Source: Macrostomum lignano (Eukaryota). Taken from it: a DNA stretch of 64,000 nt. Shown here in pieces: positions 1 to 16,904 of this stretch; the first letter of the stretch is position 1, and each line of letters opens with the position of its first letter. Location of the stretch: assembly GCA_002269645.1 (NCBI GenBank), contig NIVC01003576.1:26212-90211 (forward strand), read 5' to 3'. The notes below the pieces were generated by a model. It did not search any database, was not told the origin of the DNA, and worked only from the letters and a program-made list of their open reading frames with translations. The translations under genes were made by a program, and so were the position numbers.

Positions 1-137
1 AGGAAAAAGCCAGCTAAAAAATCGCATGGAAAAAATTATCGATCCGAAATCGGGGGAAATATCTTGCAGAGATCTCTTATAGCGCCTCCGAGAGTTTATG
101 CGGCCGCTCTCGGAGTTTTTCCTGCCTTCCCCCGGTC

Positions 138-282
<145 letters not shown>

Positions 283-698
283 TAGCGCCGTCTAGCATGG
301 TTTAGTTGGTGGTAAGAAAATGAAAAGAAATCCGAATCCCAACTGTTTGATCCATATCTGTTTCTCTCTCGTTTTTCCGCTCTAGTCTACTCAATTGTTT
401 GTTGGCCTCCTTTTCTGCCTATACACGCCTGGCTGAGTCCGCCTCACAATATGACTGGACCTGCTTCGCTTTGTTCCAAAAGAATACTATTTGTTTATTG
501 CCTGCACAATTCCCTGTTTATTGCTACAGTAAAGCCAGGCGCGATGCCAAATTAGCAATTGATCTTTTTTGTAGGCATTGTTGCTGAGGACCTGTGCTCT
601 TTTGATTGCTTTTGGGGAATAATGTCTGTGTCTGAGGCCATGCCATTTGTTCTGTGTTACTTCTACGGCAGCTAAGGGTTCTTTTGACTCCTTTATCT

Positions 699-1356
699 TC
701 TCTCCTCCCTCCCTTTTCCTCTCTCCTCTCTCCTCCCTCCTTTCTTCTCTCTCCTCTCTCCTCTCTCCTCTCTCCTCTCTCCCCTCTCCTCTCTCCTCTC
801 TCCTCTCTTCTCTTTCCTTTCTCTTCTCTTCTCCTCTCTCCTCTCTCCCCTTTCTCCTCTCCTCTCTCCTCTCTCCCCTCTCTCCTCTCCTCTCTCCTCT
901 CTTTTCTCTCTTTCTCTTCTCTTCTCCTCTCTCCTCCCTCTTTTGTCCTCTCTCCTCCCTCCTCCCTCCTCCCTCCTCCCTCCTCCCTCCTCCCTCCTCC
1001 CTCCTCCCTCCTCTCTCCTCTCTTCTCTTTCCTTTCTCTTCTCTTCTCCTCTCTCCTCCCTCCTTTCTCCTCTCTCCTCTCTCCTCTCTCCCCTCTCTCC
1101 TCTCTCCTCCCTCCTTTGCCCTCTCTCCTCCCTCCTCCCTCCTTTGCCCTCTCTCCTCCCTCCTCCCTCCTCCCTCCTCCCTCCTCTCTCCTCTCTTCTC
1201 TCTCTTCTCTTCTCTCTCCTTTCTCCTCTCCACTCTCTCCTCTCTCTCCTCTATCGTTTCTCATCAGTCCTCTCCCCTTTCTTCTTCCTCCTCTCTCCTT
1301 TCTCTTCTCTCTCTCCACACTCCTCTCCCACTTTCCTCTCTTCCTTCTCCCTTCTC
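699..1356. repeat. Degenerate CT-rich (polypyrimidine) low-complexity tract
   Basis: Almost exclusively C/T on +, with irregular CTCT/CTCC units. It generates the spurious S/L/P- and E/R/G-rich ORFs. Confidence 0.95.
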
Positions 1357-1629
1357 ATGCAATTTGCAGAGCCAAAGGATTACTGATAATCCGAAAATCG
1401 CTGCACCGTCACATAAGATCGCAGATTTGATCAGAACTTTATTAAAATTGTTCCCCTTGAATCAGCTTACTAAATCCTTTTATCTTTGGCCTTACATTAC
1501 AATTTTTTGTCTCTTGAACATTTTGTGAAGGTGCACGCTCGAAAATTACGCATACAGTGTAGTACATATATGCACGCAGTTACTAAATTTATCGATTTTT
1601 AGGAGTTTAATTTCTAATCCCCTACCTGA

Positions 1630-1822
1630 AATCCCCACACCGAAATCGCCACACAGAAATTCCCACACCAAAATTCACACAACGAAATCTCCACACCGAA
1701 GTCCCCACATCGAAATCCTCACACCGAAATCCCCACACCGAAATCCCCATACCGAAATCCCCATACCGAAATCCCCATACCGAAATCCCCATACCGAAAT
1801 CCCCATACCGAAATCCCCATAC
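1630..1822. repeat. 14-bp minisatellite (GAAATCCCCATACC)n
   Basis: About 12 tandem, partly degenerate copies ending ~50 bp upstream of the SLC17 exon at 1871. Confidence 0.9.
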
Positions 1823-1870
1823 TAAACTTCCCTCACTGGAACCTGAAAATCCCAAATCACCACCCGCCAG

Positions 1871-4800
1871 GCGGTCTCCTGGCCGACTACGTGAAGCTGC
1901 GAACAAACTTGAGCTGGACGGTTGTTCGAAAGATTTTTGCCGGCCTCGGTTTCGGCCTCAAAGCCGTCTTCTTTGTGGCGCTGGGCTTCGCCGCGGATGC
2001 AGTCCTGGCTACCGTGCTGCTGTCGCTAGCGCTGGGTAATGAGACAAATTTTAAATCCCCCTTACTGGATCCCTGATTTTGGATCTTCCATTTTGGAGTA
2101 CTTATTTTGGAACATCCAATTGAAATCCCCCATCTTGAAATCCCCCAATCTGAAATCCCCACTTTGAAGTCCCCCATTTTGAAATCCTTTATTTTTAAAT
2201 CCTCCATTTTGAAATCCCTAATTTGAAATCCCCCATTTTGAAATCCCCATTTTGAAATCCCCATTTTGAAATCCTCATTTTGAAGTCCCCCATTACGAAA
2301 TTCTCATTTTTCAAATCCTCTTTTTTAAATCCCCATTTTGAGCACCCTTTTTGGGAACACCATTCGGAATTCATACTTTTTTCAACTCGCATTCTTAAAT
2401 CCTTCTTTAGGTCCCTCAGTCTCTTATACTCAGTCTATTAAATACTGTAAATTCCCACAATCTAAATTTAAAATTTCTGTTTTTAATAAATTAACATATT
2501 TATCAACTGCTTTCCAGGCTTTTCCGGTCTGGCAGTGGCCGGCTACGCTGTCAACGTGATGGAGCTCGCCCCCATCTTCTGCGGCCTGGTGATGGGGTTC
2601 GCCAGCTGCATCAGCACCGTCACGGGTGCGTGTCCGCCTATAGCAAATGTGTCCACCTATGACAGATGTGTCCACCTATGACAGATGTGTCCACCTACCA
2701 ATCACAGATGTTTCCACAAATCAATCACAGATGTGTCCACCTACCAATCACAGATGTGTCCACCTATCAATCACACAGATGTGTCCACCTATCAATCGCA
2801 CAGATGTGTCCACCTATCAATCACACAGATTTGTCCACCTACCAATCACAGATGTGTCCACCTACCAATCACAGATGTGTCCACCTACCAATCACAGATG
2901 TGTCCACCTACCAATCACAGATGTGTCCACCTATGACAAATGTGTCCACAGATCAATCACAGATGTGTCCACCTATCAATCACATAGATGTGTCCACCTA
3001 CCAATCACAGATGTGTCCACCTATCAATCACACAGATGTGTCCACCTATCAATCACATAGATGTGTCCACCTACCAATCACAGATGTGTCCACCTACCAA
3101 TCACAGATGTGTCCACCTACCAATCACAGATGTGTCCACCTACCAATCACAGATGTGTCCACCTACCAATCACAGATGTGTCCACCTACCAATCACAGAT
3201 GTGTCCACCTATCAATCACACAGATGTGACCACCTATCAATCACATAGATGTGTCCACCTACCAATCACAGATGTGTCCACCTACCAATCACAGATGTGT
3301 CCACCTACCAATCACAGATGTGTCCACCTACCAATCACAGATGTGTCCACCTACCAATCACAGATGTGTCCACCTATCAATCACACAGATGTGACCACCT
3401 ATCAATCACACAGATGTGTCCACCTATCAATTACACAGATGTGTCCACCTATCAATCACACAGAGGTGTCCACCTATCAATCACACAGATGTGTCCACCT
3501 ACCAATCACAGATGTGTCCACCTATGACAAATGTGTCCACAGATCAATCACAGATGTGTCCACCTATCAATCACATAGATGTGTCCACCTACCAATCACA
3601 GATGTGTCCACCTATCAATCACACAGATGTGTCCACCTACCAATCACAGATGTGTCCACCTACCAATCACAGATGTGTCCACCTACCAATCACAGATGTG
3701 TCCACCTATCAATCACACGGATGTGTCCACCTTTCAATCACACAGATGTGTCCACCTATCAATCACAGGTGTGTCCACCTATGACAAATGTGTCCACAGA
3801 TCAATCACAGATGTGTCCACCTATCAATCACATAGATGTGTCCACCTACCAATCACAGATGTGTCCACCTATCAATCACACAGATGTGTCCACCTATCAA
3901 TCACAGATGTGTCCACCTACCAATCACAGATGTGTCCACCTACCAATCACAGATGTGTCCACCTATCAATCACAGATGTGTCCACCTACCAATGATGTGT
4001 CCACCTATCAATCACATAGATGTGTCCACCTACCAATCACAGATGTGTCCACCTACCAATCACAGATGTTTCCACAAATCAATCACAGATGTGTCCACCT
4101 ACCAATCACAGATGTGTCCACCTATCAATCACACAGATGTGTCCACCTATCAATCGCACAGATGTGTCCACCTATCAATCACACAGATTTGTCCACCTAC
4201 CAATCACAGATGTGTCCACCTACCAATCACAGATGTGTCCACCTACCAATCACAGATGTGTCCACCTACCAATCACATAGATGTGTCCACCTACCAATCA
4301 CAGATGTGTCCACCTACCAATCACAGATGTGTCCACCTACCAATGATGTGTCCACCTATCAATCACATAGATGTGTCCACCTACCAATCACAGATGTGTC
4401 CACCTACCAATCACAGATGTGTCCACCTACCAATCACAGATGTGTCCACCTACCAATCACAGATGTGTCCACCTACCAATCACAGATGTGTCCACCTACC
4501 AATCACAGATGTGTCCACCTACCAATCACAGATGTGTCCACCTACCAATCACAGATGTGTCCACCTACCAATCACAGATGTGTCCACCTACCAATCACAG
4601 ATGTGTCCACCTACCAATGATGTGTCCACCTATCAATCACATAGATGTGTCCACCTACCAATGATGTGTCCACCTATCAATCACATAGATGTGTCCACCT
4701 ACCAATCACAGATGTGTCCACCTACCAATCACAGATGTGTCCACCTACCAATCACAGATGTGTCCACCTACCAATCACAGATGTGTCCACCTACCAATCA

Positions 4801-6731
4801 CAGATGTGTCCACCTATCAATCACACAGATGTGACCACCTATCAATCACATAGATGTGTCCACCTACCAATCACAGATGTGTCCACCTACCAATCACAGA
4901 TGTGTCCACCTACCAATCACAGATGTGTCCACCTACCAATCACAGATGTGTCCACCTACCAATCACAGATGTGTCCACCTATCAATCACACAGATGTGAC
5001 CACCTATCAATCACACAGATGTGTCCACCTATCAATTACACAGATGTGTCCACCTATCAATCACACAGATGTGTCCACCTATCAATCACACAGATGTGTC
5101 CACCTACCAATCACAGATGTGTCCACCTATGACAAATGTGTCTACAGATCAATCACAGATGTGTCCACCTATCAATCACATAGATGTGTCCACCTACCAA
5201 TCACAGATGTGTCCACCTATCAATCACACAGATGTGTCCACCTATCAATCACATAGATGTGTTCACCTACCAATCACAGATGTGTGATGTGTCCACCTAC
5301 CAATCACAGATGTGTCCACCTATCAATCACAGGTGTGTCCACCTATGACAAATGTGTCCACAGATCAATCACAGATGTGTCCACCTATCAATCACATAGA
5401 TGTGTCCACCTACCAATCACAGATGTGTCCACCTATCAATCACAGATGTGTCCACCTACCAATCACAGATGTGTCCACCTATCAATCACACAGATGTGAC
5501 CACCTATCAATCACACAGATGTGTCCACCTATCAATTACACAGATGTGTCCACCTATCAATCACAGATGTGTCCACCTACCAATCACAGATGTGTCCACC
5601 TACCAATCACAGATGTGTCCACCTACCAATCACAGATGTGTCCACCTACCAATCACAGATGTGTCCACCTATCAATCACACAGATGTGACCACCTATCAA
5701 TCACACAGATGTGTCCACCTATCAATTACACAGATGTGTCCACCTACCAATCACAGATGTGTCCACCTATCAATCACACGGATGTGTCCACCTTTCAATC
5801 ACACAGATGTGTCCACCTATCAATCACACAGATGTGTCCACCTATCAATCACAGGTGTGTCCACCTATGACAAATGTGTCCACAGATCAATCACAGATGT
5901 GTCCACCTATCAATCACATAGATGTGTCCACCTACCAATCACAGATGTGTCCACCTATCAATCACACAGATGTGTCCACCTATCAATCACACAGATGTGT
6001 CCACCTATCAATCACAGATGTGTCCACCTACCAATCACAGATGTGTCCACCTACCATTCACAGATGTGTCCACCTACCAATCACAGATGTGTCCACCTAT
6101 CAATCACACAGATGTGTCCACCTATCAATCACACAGATGTGTCCACCTATCAATCACACAGATGTGTCCACCTATCAATCACAGGTGTGTCCACCTATGA
6201 CAAATGTGTCCACAGATCAATCACAGATGTGTCCACCTATCAATCACATAGATGTGTCCACCTACCAATCACAGATGTGTCCACCTATCAATCACACAGA
6301 TGTGTCCACCTATCAATCACAGATGTGTCCACCTACCAATCACAGATGTGTCCACCTACCAATCACAGATGTGTCCACCTACCAATCACAGATGTGTCCA
6401 CTGCCCCCCGCCCGCAGGCATGCTATCAACGGTGGTGGCCACCCTGATTGTCCAACCGTCGCCAGACATCGAGCGAGTGAGGCTGGAGTGGCTGATTGCT
6501 CTCAGCTGCGCGGCGGTGACGCAACTGGTTGCCTGCGTAGTCTACCTGCTGTTCGCCTCGGCGGAGGAGCAGCCGTGGTCGGCTTCCATCATCGATCCGG
6601 TTGGAGGCAGCCATCAGTCCGGTGATGCCACCGCGGTGACAACGCCAAGTCATTCGCCAACTGGAGTGCCGAGAGGCGGCGGTGGCGGCGTCAAAGGGGA
6701 AGAATTTTTCAAAGACGACGTTTTCTTTTAA
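1871..6731 (+). CDS. SLC17-family (sialin/VGLUT-like) MFS anion transporter, 3' exons only (5' part not found in the window)
   Basis: Exons 1871-2035, 2518-2625 and 6418-6731 (stop) are joined by GT..AG introns, both phase 1, and stay in frame. Translation: GLLADYVKLRTNLSWTVVRKIF...LSLALG|FSGLAVAGYAVNVMELAPIFCGLVMGFASCISTVTG|MLSTVVATLIV...EWLIALSCAAVTQLVACVVYLLFASAEEQPWS. This matches SLC17 hallmarks (T.VRK, N.MDLAP..AG.LMG, YL.FASGE.QPW). Confidence 0.88.
2123..2345. repeat. 14-bp minisatellite (GAAATCCCCATTTT)n in SLC17 intron
   Basis: About 15 degenerate copies inside intron 2036-2517. Confidence 0.88.
2644..6401. repeat. 23/25-bp satellite (CAGATGTGTCCACCTACCAATCA)n filling an SLC17 intron
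   Basis: 3.76-kb array of 19-, 23- and 25-bp variants. Recurrent variant blocks (e.g. GATGTTTCCACAAATC near 2707 and 4065) indicate segmental re-duplication within the array. Confidence 0.98.
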
Positions 6732-6856
6732 AATAGAGAACCTAAAAAACGAAAGAAAATGGAATAATGCACCGACTGTCTACTAAAAGTAGTGCGACTA
6801 TTATAGACAAAAATGAGAAAACTTGCTCTCGATGTTCTACTGTAATTCTATTGTCA

Positions 6857-7901
6857 TGTCTATCAGGCTGTGAATATCATGTCTAACATGTTGTGAATAT
6901 CATGTCTAACAGGTTGTGAATATCATGTCTAACAGGTTGTGAATATCATGTCTAACAGGTTGTGAATATCATGTCTAACAGGTTGTGAATATCATGTCTA
7001 ACATGTTGTGAAGATCATGTCTAGCAGGCTGTGAATATCATGTCTAACAGGTTGTGAATATCATGTCTAACATGTTGTGAATATCATGTCTAACAGGCTG
7101 TGAATATCATGTCTAACAGGCTGTGAATATCATGTCTAACATGTTTTGAATATCATGTCTAACATGTTGTGAATTTCATGTCTAACAGGTTGTGAATATT
7201 ATGTCTAACAGGTTGTGAATATCATGTCTAGCAGGCTGTGAATATCATGTCTAACAGGTTGTGAATATCATGTCTAACATGTTGTGAATATCATGTCTAA
7301 CAGGCTGTGAATATCATGTCTAACAGGCTGTGAATATCATGTCTAACATGTTTTGAATATCATGTCTAACATGTTGTGAAGATCATGTCTAGCAGGCTGT
7401 GAATATCATGTCTAACAGGTTGTGAATATCATGTCTAACATGTTGTGAATATCATGTCTAACAGGCTGTGAATATCATGTCTAACAGGCTGTGAATATCA
7501 TGTCTAACATGTTTTGAATATCATGTCTAACATGTTGTGAATTTCATGTCTAACAGGTTGTGAATATCATGTCTAACAGGTTGTGAATATCATGTCTAAC
7601 ATGTTGTGAAGATCATGTCTAGCAGGCTGTGAATATCATGTCTAACAGGTTGTGAATATCATGTCTAACATGTTGTGAATATCATGTCTAACAGGCTGTG
7701 AATATCATGTCTAACAGGCTGTGAATATCATGTCTAACATGTTTTGAATATCATGTCTAACATGTTGTGAATTTCATGTCTAACAGGTTGTGAATATTAT
7801 GTCTAACAGGTTGTGAATATCATGTCTAACAGGCTGTGAATATCATGTCTAACAGGTTGTGCATATCATGTCTAACATGTCGTGACGATCAAGTCTAACA
7901 T
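6857..7901. repeat. 23-bp minisatellite (TGTGAATATCATGTCTAACAGGT)n
   Basis: About 45 tandem copies starting ~125 bp after the SLC17 stop codon. Confidence 0.97.
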
Positions 7902-8344
7902 TTTGTAAAAATAACGCCTAAGAAGCTATGAAGTTTTTACTTAGTATTTGACGGATTGGTATAGAAGCCGTATCTAACCGGTTCTGTACTCCAACAGGGC
8001 TGAACCGGAATCCTGGCAGATGCGTGGATCCTTGCCGAAAATTTTCGACTTGCTTGATGCCGCCAAAACAAAACAGCTTCTGATCCAGTCGGCTAGTTAT
8101 AAATAATCGTCATTTGTTTGTTTAAGCCTTTCAAAATTTTGCAATGAGGATAAGAGATTCTCGAGCGATCATTGCTTTGTGAAACTGAACTTCAACTGTA
8201 CTTTGCTGGCTCTCCACTGCGTAAGACCGGCATCCGTTTGCCCCAGGTGGCTTAGGACTGTTTTGCGACTGAAGGGAAACGAGCTTGCTCGTTAATTCAG
8301 ATTAATCAGTCTTATGAGAAAATCTTTTATGAATGAAGCACATG

Positions 8345-9563
<1,219 letters not shown>

Positions 9564-9565
9564 GA

Positions 9566-11106
<1,541 letters not shown>

Positions 11107-11433
11107 CTATCTATCTATCTGTCTGTCTATCTATCTATCAAAAAATCAAGAAATTCAATGAAATGCGCAGCTTTAAGCCACTGACAAGCCGGAGTTGGAA
11201 TCTGGGTTGAATTCTTCTTAGCTCAGGAACCACTTGGCTTAGAATGTATTTTTTTATTCATCTAGTTGCGGATAGAGTGGGGAGGTCCTGAACGTGTCAG
11301 TCTTTGCCAGTTGTCTATTATTGCCGCGAACTGAAATTAATTAATTGAATAAAATCGGATTCCATTCAGGCTCCGATATTTTTCATAGAAAATCTTCAAT
11401 GGCTCGAGCCTCCGCCGCCTCACCCAAGCCGGC

Positions 11434-11760
11434 TCATCTCCCGTAGTTTGTGGCGAACCGCAGGCTGTCTCTGAAGCCGCGCTTTCGTTTAAAATTGGCG
11501 CCAACGCGGACTGGCGGCGCCGAATCAGCGCTTGTGTCGACTGGATCGACCATTTCAGCGACGTCGGACGCTGCGTCGGCGGCGTCGATCAGAGCGACGC
11601 TCAGTCGGCTCAGCAGGAGGGCTTCGGCGATGCGGACTCGGCGGCGAGCCTCCAAGCTGCGGCTGACCGACGGCAGCGCCTGGACGGCCGGCGCCATCGA
11701 CTGCAGGACCAGGAGGACGGCCAGAGTGACCGTCAGGCGAATTTTGCTGCTGGCTGGCAT
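11434..11760 (-). CDS. Neuropeptide precursor (108 aa); predicted mature peptide GFRDSLRFATNY-amide, allatotropin/orexin-like
   Basis: GC-rich ORF with a signal peptide (basic n-region, hydrophobic LTVTLAVLLVL, AVQA cleavage site), an acidic spacer, and a KRKR convertase site. A 12-mer follows, ending in G-R-stop (amidation signal). Confidence 0.8.
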   Translation of the reverse strand: MPASSKIRLTVTLAVLLVLQSMAPAVQALPSVSRSLEARRRVRIAEALLLSRLSVALIDAADAASDVAEMVDPVDTSADSAPPVRVGANFKRKRGFRDSLRFATNYGR

Positions 11761-11792
11761 GCTGGCTGAGTGGTTGAGGGACCGGGGTGGGC

Positions 11793-12231
<439 letters not shown>

Positions 12232-14214
12232 AGCCTGTTAAAAATTCAAAGCACTCACTAGTCAAGGATTTAAGTTGAATAAAATCCCGCGATAAGCATG
12301 CAGTGCTTGAGAGCCTTCAATTTAGCAAAAATTGGCTTCGCTTGGCAAAAGGAGTAATTCGCGTTCACCTGCAAAACCGGAGCCTCGGGCGGACCCAGCT
12401 GGTTCGGCTTTTATCTACGCGGTCGAGCAGCCTATTATGGAAGCGAATTGAATTTGCGTGCCGCCGCGTTAACAATTGCGATCGGATCGGGTCTCCCTAG
12501 AGAGCAAGATGTGGAATTTTGTATAGGGGATCGGAGGAGAGACAAAGATAAAGGGAGAAAGGCAAAAAGATGGAGATTGCCCAAAAGCAGACTTTTTAAA
12601 GGTTTGAAGGCTAGTGTGTGCTATTTTTCTGAGCCAAAAAATATGCGCATTGCAGCATACCAAAAATCTTCTTCACGCTGTCATTTATAGAGAAGATACG
12701 TTTCATGGACTCAATTATTCCGCTTCAGCAACCGAATAGAGGCAGCGCTATTATATCATTTCCTGTTCAAGCAATGCAAGACAATACACACTGTATATGC
12801 GTAGAATAGGATTTGCTGAGAGGAAAAATTTTACGAAGCAGATGCATGATAAGCTGCGCATGTCACACACTCTCTGTGACAGCTGATTCTGGTTCGCATA
12901 AAATTGCAGCGTTAAGTGGAAAATATCGACAGCAAAACTATTTAACGTGTAGAGTTTAAAGTACAGAGGTACGCTTACAATATCATATGACTATTTTGGG
13001 TAGCATAACCTATACACGTATACACATGTACACCATTTGAGATCGCCCGCAAGGTCCACAAAAATTCAATGGAATTTTACATCAACTATATATGCTGCAA
13101 GGTTTTTACATGGTATTGATAGGAATGAATTAAACTGCATGCTTACAGCCCGAATTCCCATGCTTTTTGGCACATTAGATGCGCTATAAGCTTTGTATAC
13201 ATGCACGTACATGTAACAGCATGATGGCAAAGATTATATTCAATAAGTAACGTCGTCAATTGTGTCACCCAATGGGACATTCAATTATTTTATTGAAGCC
13301 TGACTTGCGGGAGATTACATTTGTTTTCGAATTTTTTTACCATGAAATAGTTGAGTTATAAATTTTATATTAAAAAAGAGCTTTTTATTGATTGAGAGTT
13401 TTGATTTCTTGTGAACAGTGCAGTGAACTCCAGCCATCTTTTAATATTAGTCGGGGCAGTTGTGTGTTAATTGGTATGCAGTTTTTAGTAGTAATTTTAA
13501 TAGCTTTGATACTACAACTGTATTTACGAAGTTTTGTAGCGATACACACATGAATGACTGCTGTTAACGTGCAGTTATATAGTAGTTGCACAATTTACCG
13601 GATTTTGTAAAATGGTAAAACAAAAATATATACCTTTGCCTAATACTTAATCTTTAAGAATCCTACAAAGCATATTTTTTAGCTCACGTTCTTGTTAAAA
13701 AAAAGTGAAGTAACCTGTAATTGGCTGGCTCTTTGTATTGACTAAGAACCTAGGAAACCAACTTTGTAGTTTACTTGAACTGAACTATTTTCATAGAAAA
13801 GGGAAAAGTTTTGGTTTATATTGGTTGAAGATCGTTGATCAACAAAAAGTTTGATTTATCGCTACGTCTCAATGCTTCAATAATTTGCTCTGGAACTTTT
13901 ATTACTTCTTGACGCATGTCTCAGCTTTTGAAATGACATCTTAGACACATGATTCCCTTTTGTATTTCCCGAGATATTTGCTTCCAAAATGTGTTTGTAA
14001 GGGGTGCCAATGAATTCGTCTTTTGACACATTTTGCATTCATCCCAATTTTTTTTTCTTTGGGAAAGAAAATTTCTGCTTACAAATTTTTAAAGCTAAGT
14101 ATGGCGTCAGAGTAAGGAATGCATCCCGAAACATGAATTCATTTTTTGTTTGAATTATCTGCCCGAAGAAAAAAATATCTGTCGGGGTGAATATCTGTCG
14201 GGGAACCCACACAT

Positions 14215-14269
14215 CAGATAGATAGATAGATAGATAGATAGGTAGGTAGGTAGATAGATAGATAGATAG
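14215..14269. repeat. (GATA)n/(GGTA)n short microsatellite
   Basis: About 13 tetranucleotide units. Confidence 0.9.
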
Positions 14270-14715
14270 CATCATGCCCATTCTACAAAAATCTCGAATC
14301 TTGTAATAACGAGTTTAATAATACTTTTAACGAGACATTGATTGCGTGAGAAGGTCCTAGCTACTAGTAAAGGAAAATGATACATAATGCCGAGACATGG
14401 CCATGGCTGGCTGGTTAGCTTAGCTAGTAGTAGTAGTAGTCCTGGTCCTGACTGACTGTTTTAAGTACAAACTACAACTACAAAGAAAGACAAGTAGACA
14501 AGCCCTGTATTGCATATTACCATTATTGGATTTGCGATCGAGTGGTACTTAATAGGCTTATGTATTATGCACTGCATTTTAACATTAGTTGTTTTAGTCC
14601 ATATTTCACTATTTTAGCCAAAGACTAAAGAGGTAACTTTTGCAGAATCCAGATGGCTGTCCAGTGCAACTAAAAAATTGGTTCAATGTAGTGCACTAAG
14701 GCTCAAATTTCTACA

Positions 14716-15003
14716 GCAATAGCTAGAGTTCTAGCACCTGAACCCATTTTCTAAAAGCTATAGATCTGGTATACCAGTAGTGCAATTTATGGGTACGCCC
14801 ATAATATAGCTGAAACATTTTACTTTTTTAATAGCTGGTTGATAGTGAGATTTTGTTAAGATAAGATCAAAACAAAATGAAAAGATTCAAAACAATATAC
14901 TTCTAATGTTCAAAGACTACATTAGTAGATAATTGCCTGCTGAATACTGCTGGATCCATAGCCATTAGAAAATGGGTTCCAGTGCCAGAACTCTAGCCAT
15001 TGC
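14716..15003. mobile_element. Decayed MITE-like element with ~55-bp imperfect terminal inverted repeats
   Basis: Left arm GCAATAGCTAGAGTTCTAGCACCTGAACCCATTTTCTAA matches the reverse complement of the right arm (GCAATGGCTAGAGTTCTGGCACTGGAACCCATTTTCTAA). No coding capacity. Confidence 0.6.
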
Positions 15004-15294
15004 CAATTTCTGCAGCAAAGAAAAAGAGGGCTGGTTTTGCAGTTTTTGTATTTAGCCTAGCTTTTTTAAAGAGCTTATATGGTTTGATATGATTTCTTTT
15101 ATTTTATATTATTTTATTATTTGGCTATAATGCAAGGATTAAAATAATCTCAATTGAAGTTAATTGATAATAAACAATAATTAATACTAAAATCAGTTCT
15201 AAAATCAGAAAAAACAACTTGAACATTAACATTTTAAACTGTGTATTATTTAAGGCCATGGATAGCGGGAACTTGCAGCACTGGGACATGTGGG

Positions 15295-15990
15295 TAATAG
15301 TCTACTTTGGTAACAACCATTTTGGTAACAGCCACTTTGGTAACAAAAAATGACTACATAAATTGATAACAGCCACACTTCGATAACAAGTGAGAATAAT
15401 ATAGTATGTAGGCCCCTATTAATTTATATGCTTCAAAAGAATGTGCAAACAAACTTTAAAGAAAGAACAACAAAACACATGCATACCTGAATGTGTTTAA
15501 CTTGTTTAAAAGTATTTTTATTTCCACATGAGTCAGATAAATGTACCAAACAAGACATCTTGTAATTGACCAAATATTGTGTACCATGTACATTAAAATC
15601 TCTGATCTAGTTAGCAAATAGTGACTTAAAATTATAGAATCTACTTTTTTTTCATTAATTATTTTAAAAAAAAATTTCAATTTCAATGCATGCATATGAG
15701 CACTCACTTTTAGTAGTAGTAGTAGTAAGTTTGGCTCAGGCATTTAATAATAATTCAAGAGTTTAATTTTCTTTGCCTTTAAATTTTTCATAAAGTTAAT
15801 GTGCAAGTTTAAATAAAATATAATACAGTTTTACTAAAAAGTTTAGCAATATGTGGCAATAAGATATTTGAGATGTTAATTATTGAACTAATTATTGCCA
15901 AATCTAATTATCATAAAAATAATGTGTTGATAGTTGTAAATATGCTTTGATACCAAAGTAGCCGTTACTGAAATCAATATTCAAGTTGAA
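15295..15990. mobile_element. Possible decayed non-autonomous DNA transposon with inverted subterminal repeats
   Basis: Tandem (C/T)ACTTTGGTAACA-like repeats at 15300-15390, with an inverted counterpart TACCAAAGTAGCCGTTAC near 15950. Ends are not clearly definable. Confidence 0.35.
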
Positions 15991-16904
15991 AAATATATAT
16001 GGTTTCTTTTTTGATTTTCCAAAAAATAGAGATCACAAGTTCACACCTTATATGCCATTTTAGACTCCAGATAGTATACATGTATGCCAGAAAATTCTAG
16101 CATATAGAGGGACCTGGTGTACCCCCAGGGGTAAAGAAGCTTGGTGTACAGAGATTGCCAAGACAGTAGTTGGGACCAATTGTTCTTAGTCCCGACCAAT
16201 AGACACAGTTGGCATATAAAAATGATCAAGTTAAAGTTAGGCATAGTCTCCATATGCATAAATGGAGTAGCTAATTTTTGATAAGAAAGAAAATATTTTT
16301 TTCAAAATTAATGGAAAACTAAATCAAAAATGGTGTCTAACTTATCAAGAAATTAAAAGTAAAACAAAAATTATTGAAAATTTGGTTTCTTGCAGCTACG
16401 TAAAACTATAAGATAAGTTTTTATTTCTTTTTGCAAATATTAAAAAATTGCAAGTCTAAAATATAATTTGTATTATTTTGTTTCTGTCTTGGCCTATTTT
16501 TGTCTGTTGGTGTACATTGGCATTTGGTGTACAGGAGCTAAAGAAGCAAATTTCATTCTGGCATACACTGGTATATAAATCTGATACTGGATGTTATTAA
16601 TTAGTATATTTTGCATTAATTTATATCTTTATCTAATTGGAGATTGTGCCTAGGGGGGTCTCTAGGTATTGTAGATAGGGCATATGTTGTAATAAATAGT
16701 GCATAGGCACAAAGTTTGGTTTGGTAATATTATATGCCAGAGTACCCTTGATAGTTTTGGTATGCATTGTAACATCATTAGAGTCAAAAAGAATCTAGGC
16801 TTTAACTATTTGTATATTGTATATCTATAATTTGTAAAGCAAAATGATTGAAATTTATTTATTCAATAAGAAATAGAAAGTATTATTAGTTTCAGGTGTG
16901 TTGC

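Noticed and set aside
340-1600. Upstream SLC17 exons
   Set aside because: No segment resembling the preceding SLC17 helices was found in any frame; those exons presumably lie before the window.
2647-6447. Cys/His-rich ORFs (MCPPTNHRCVHLPITDVSTYQ repeats) up to 519 aa that look metal-binding
   Set aside because: All three frames give the same peptide, as expected for a 23-bp unit, and the array lies inside a GT..AG intron of the SLC17 gene.
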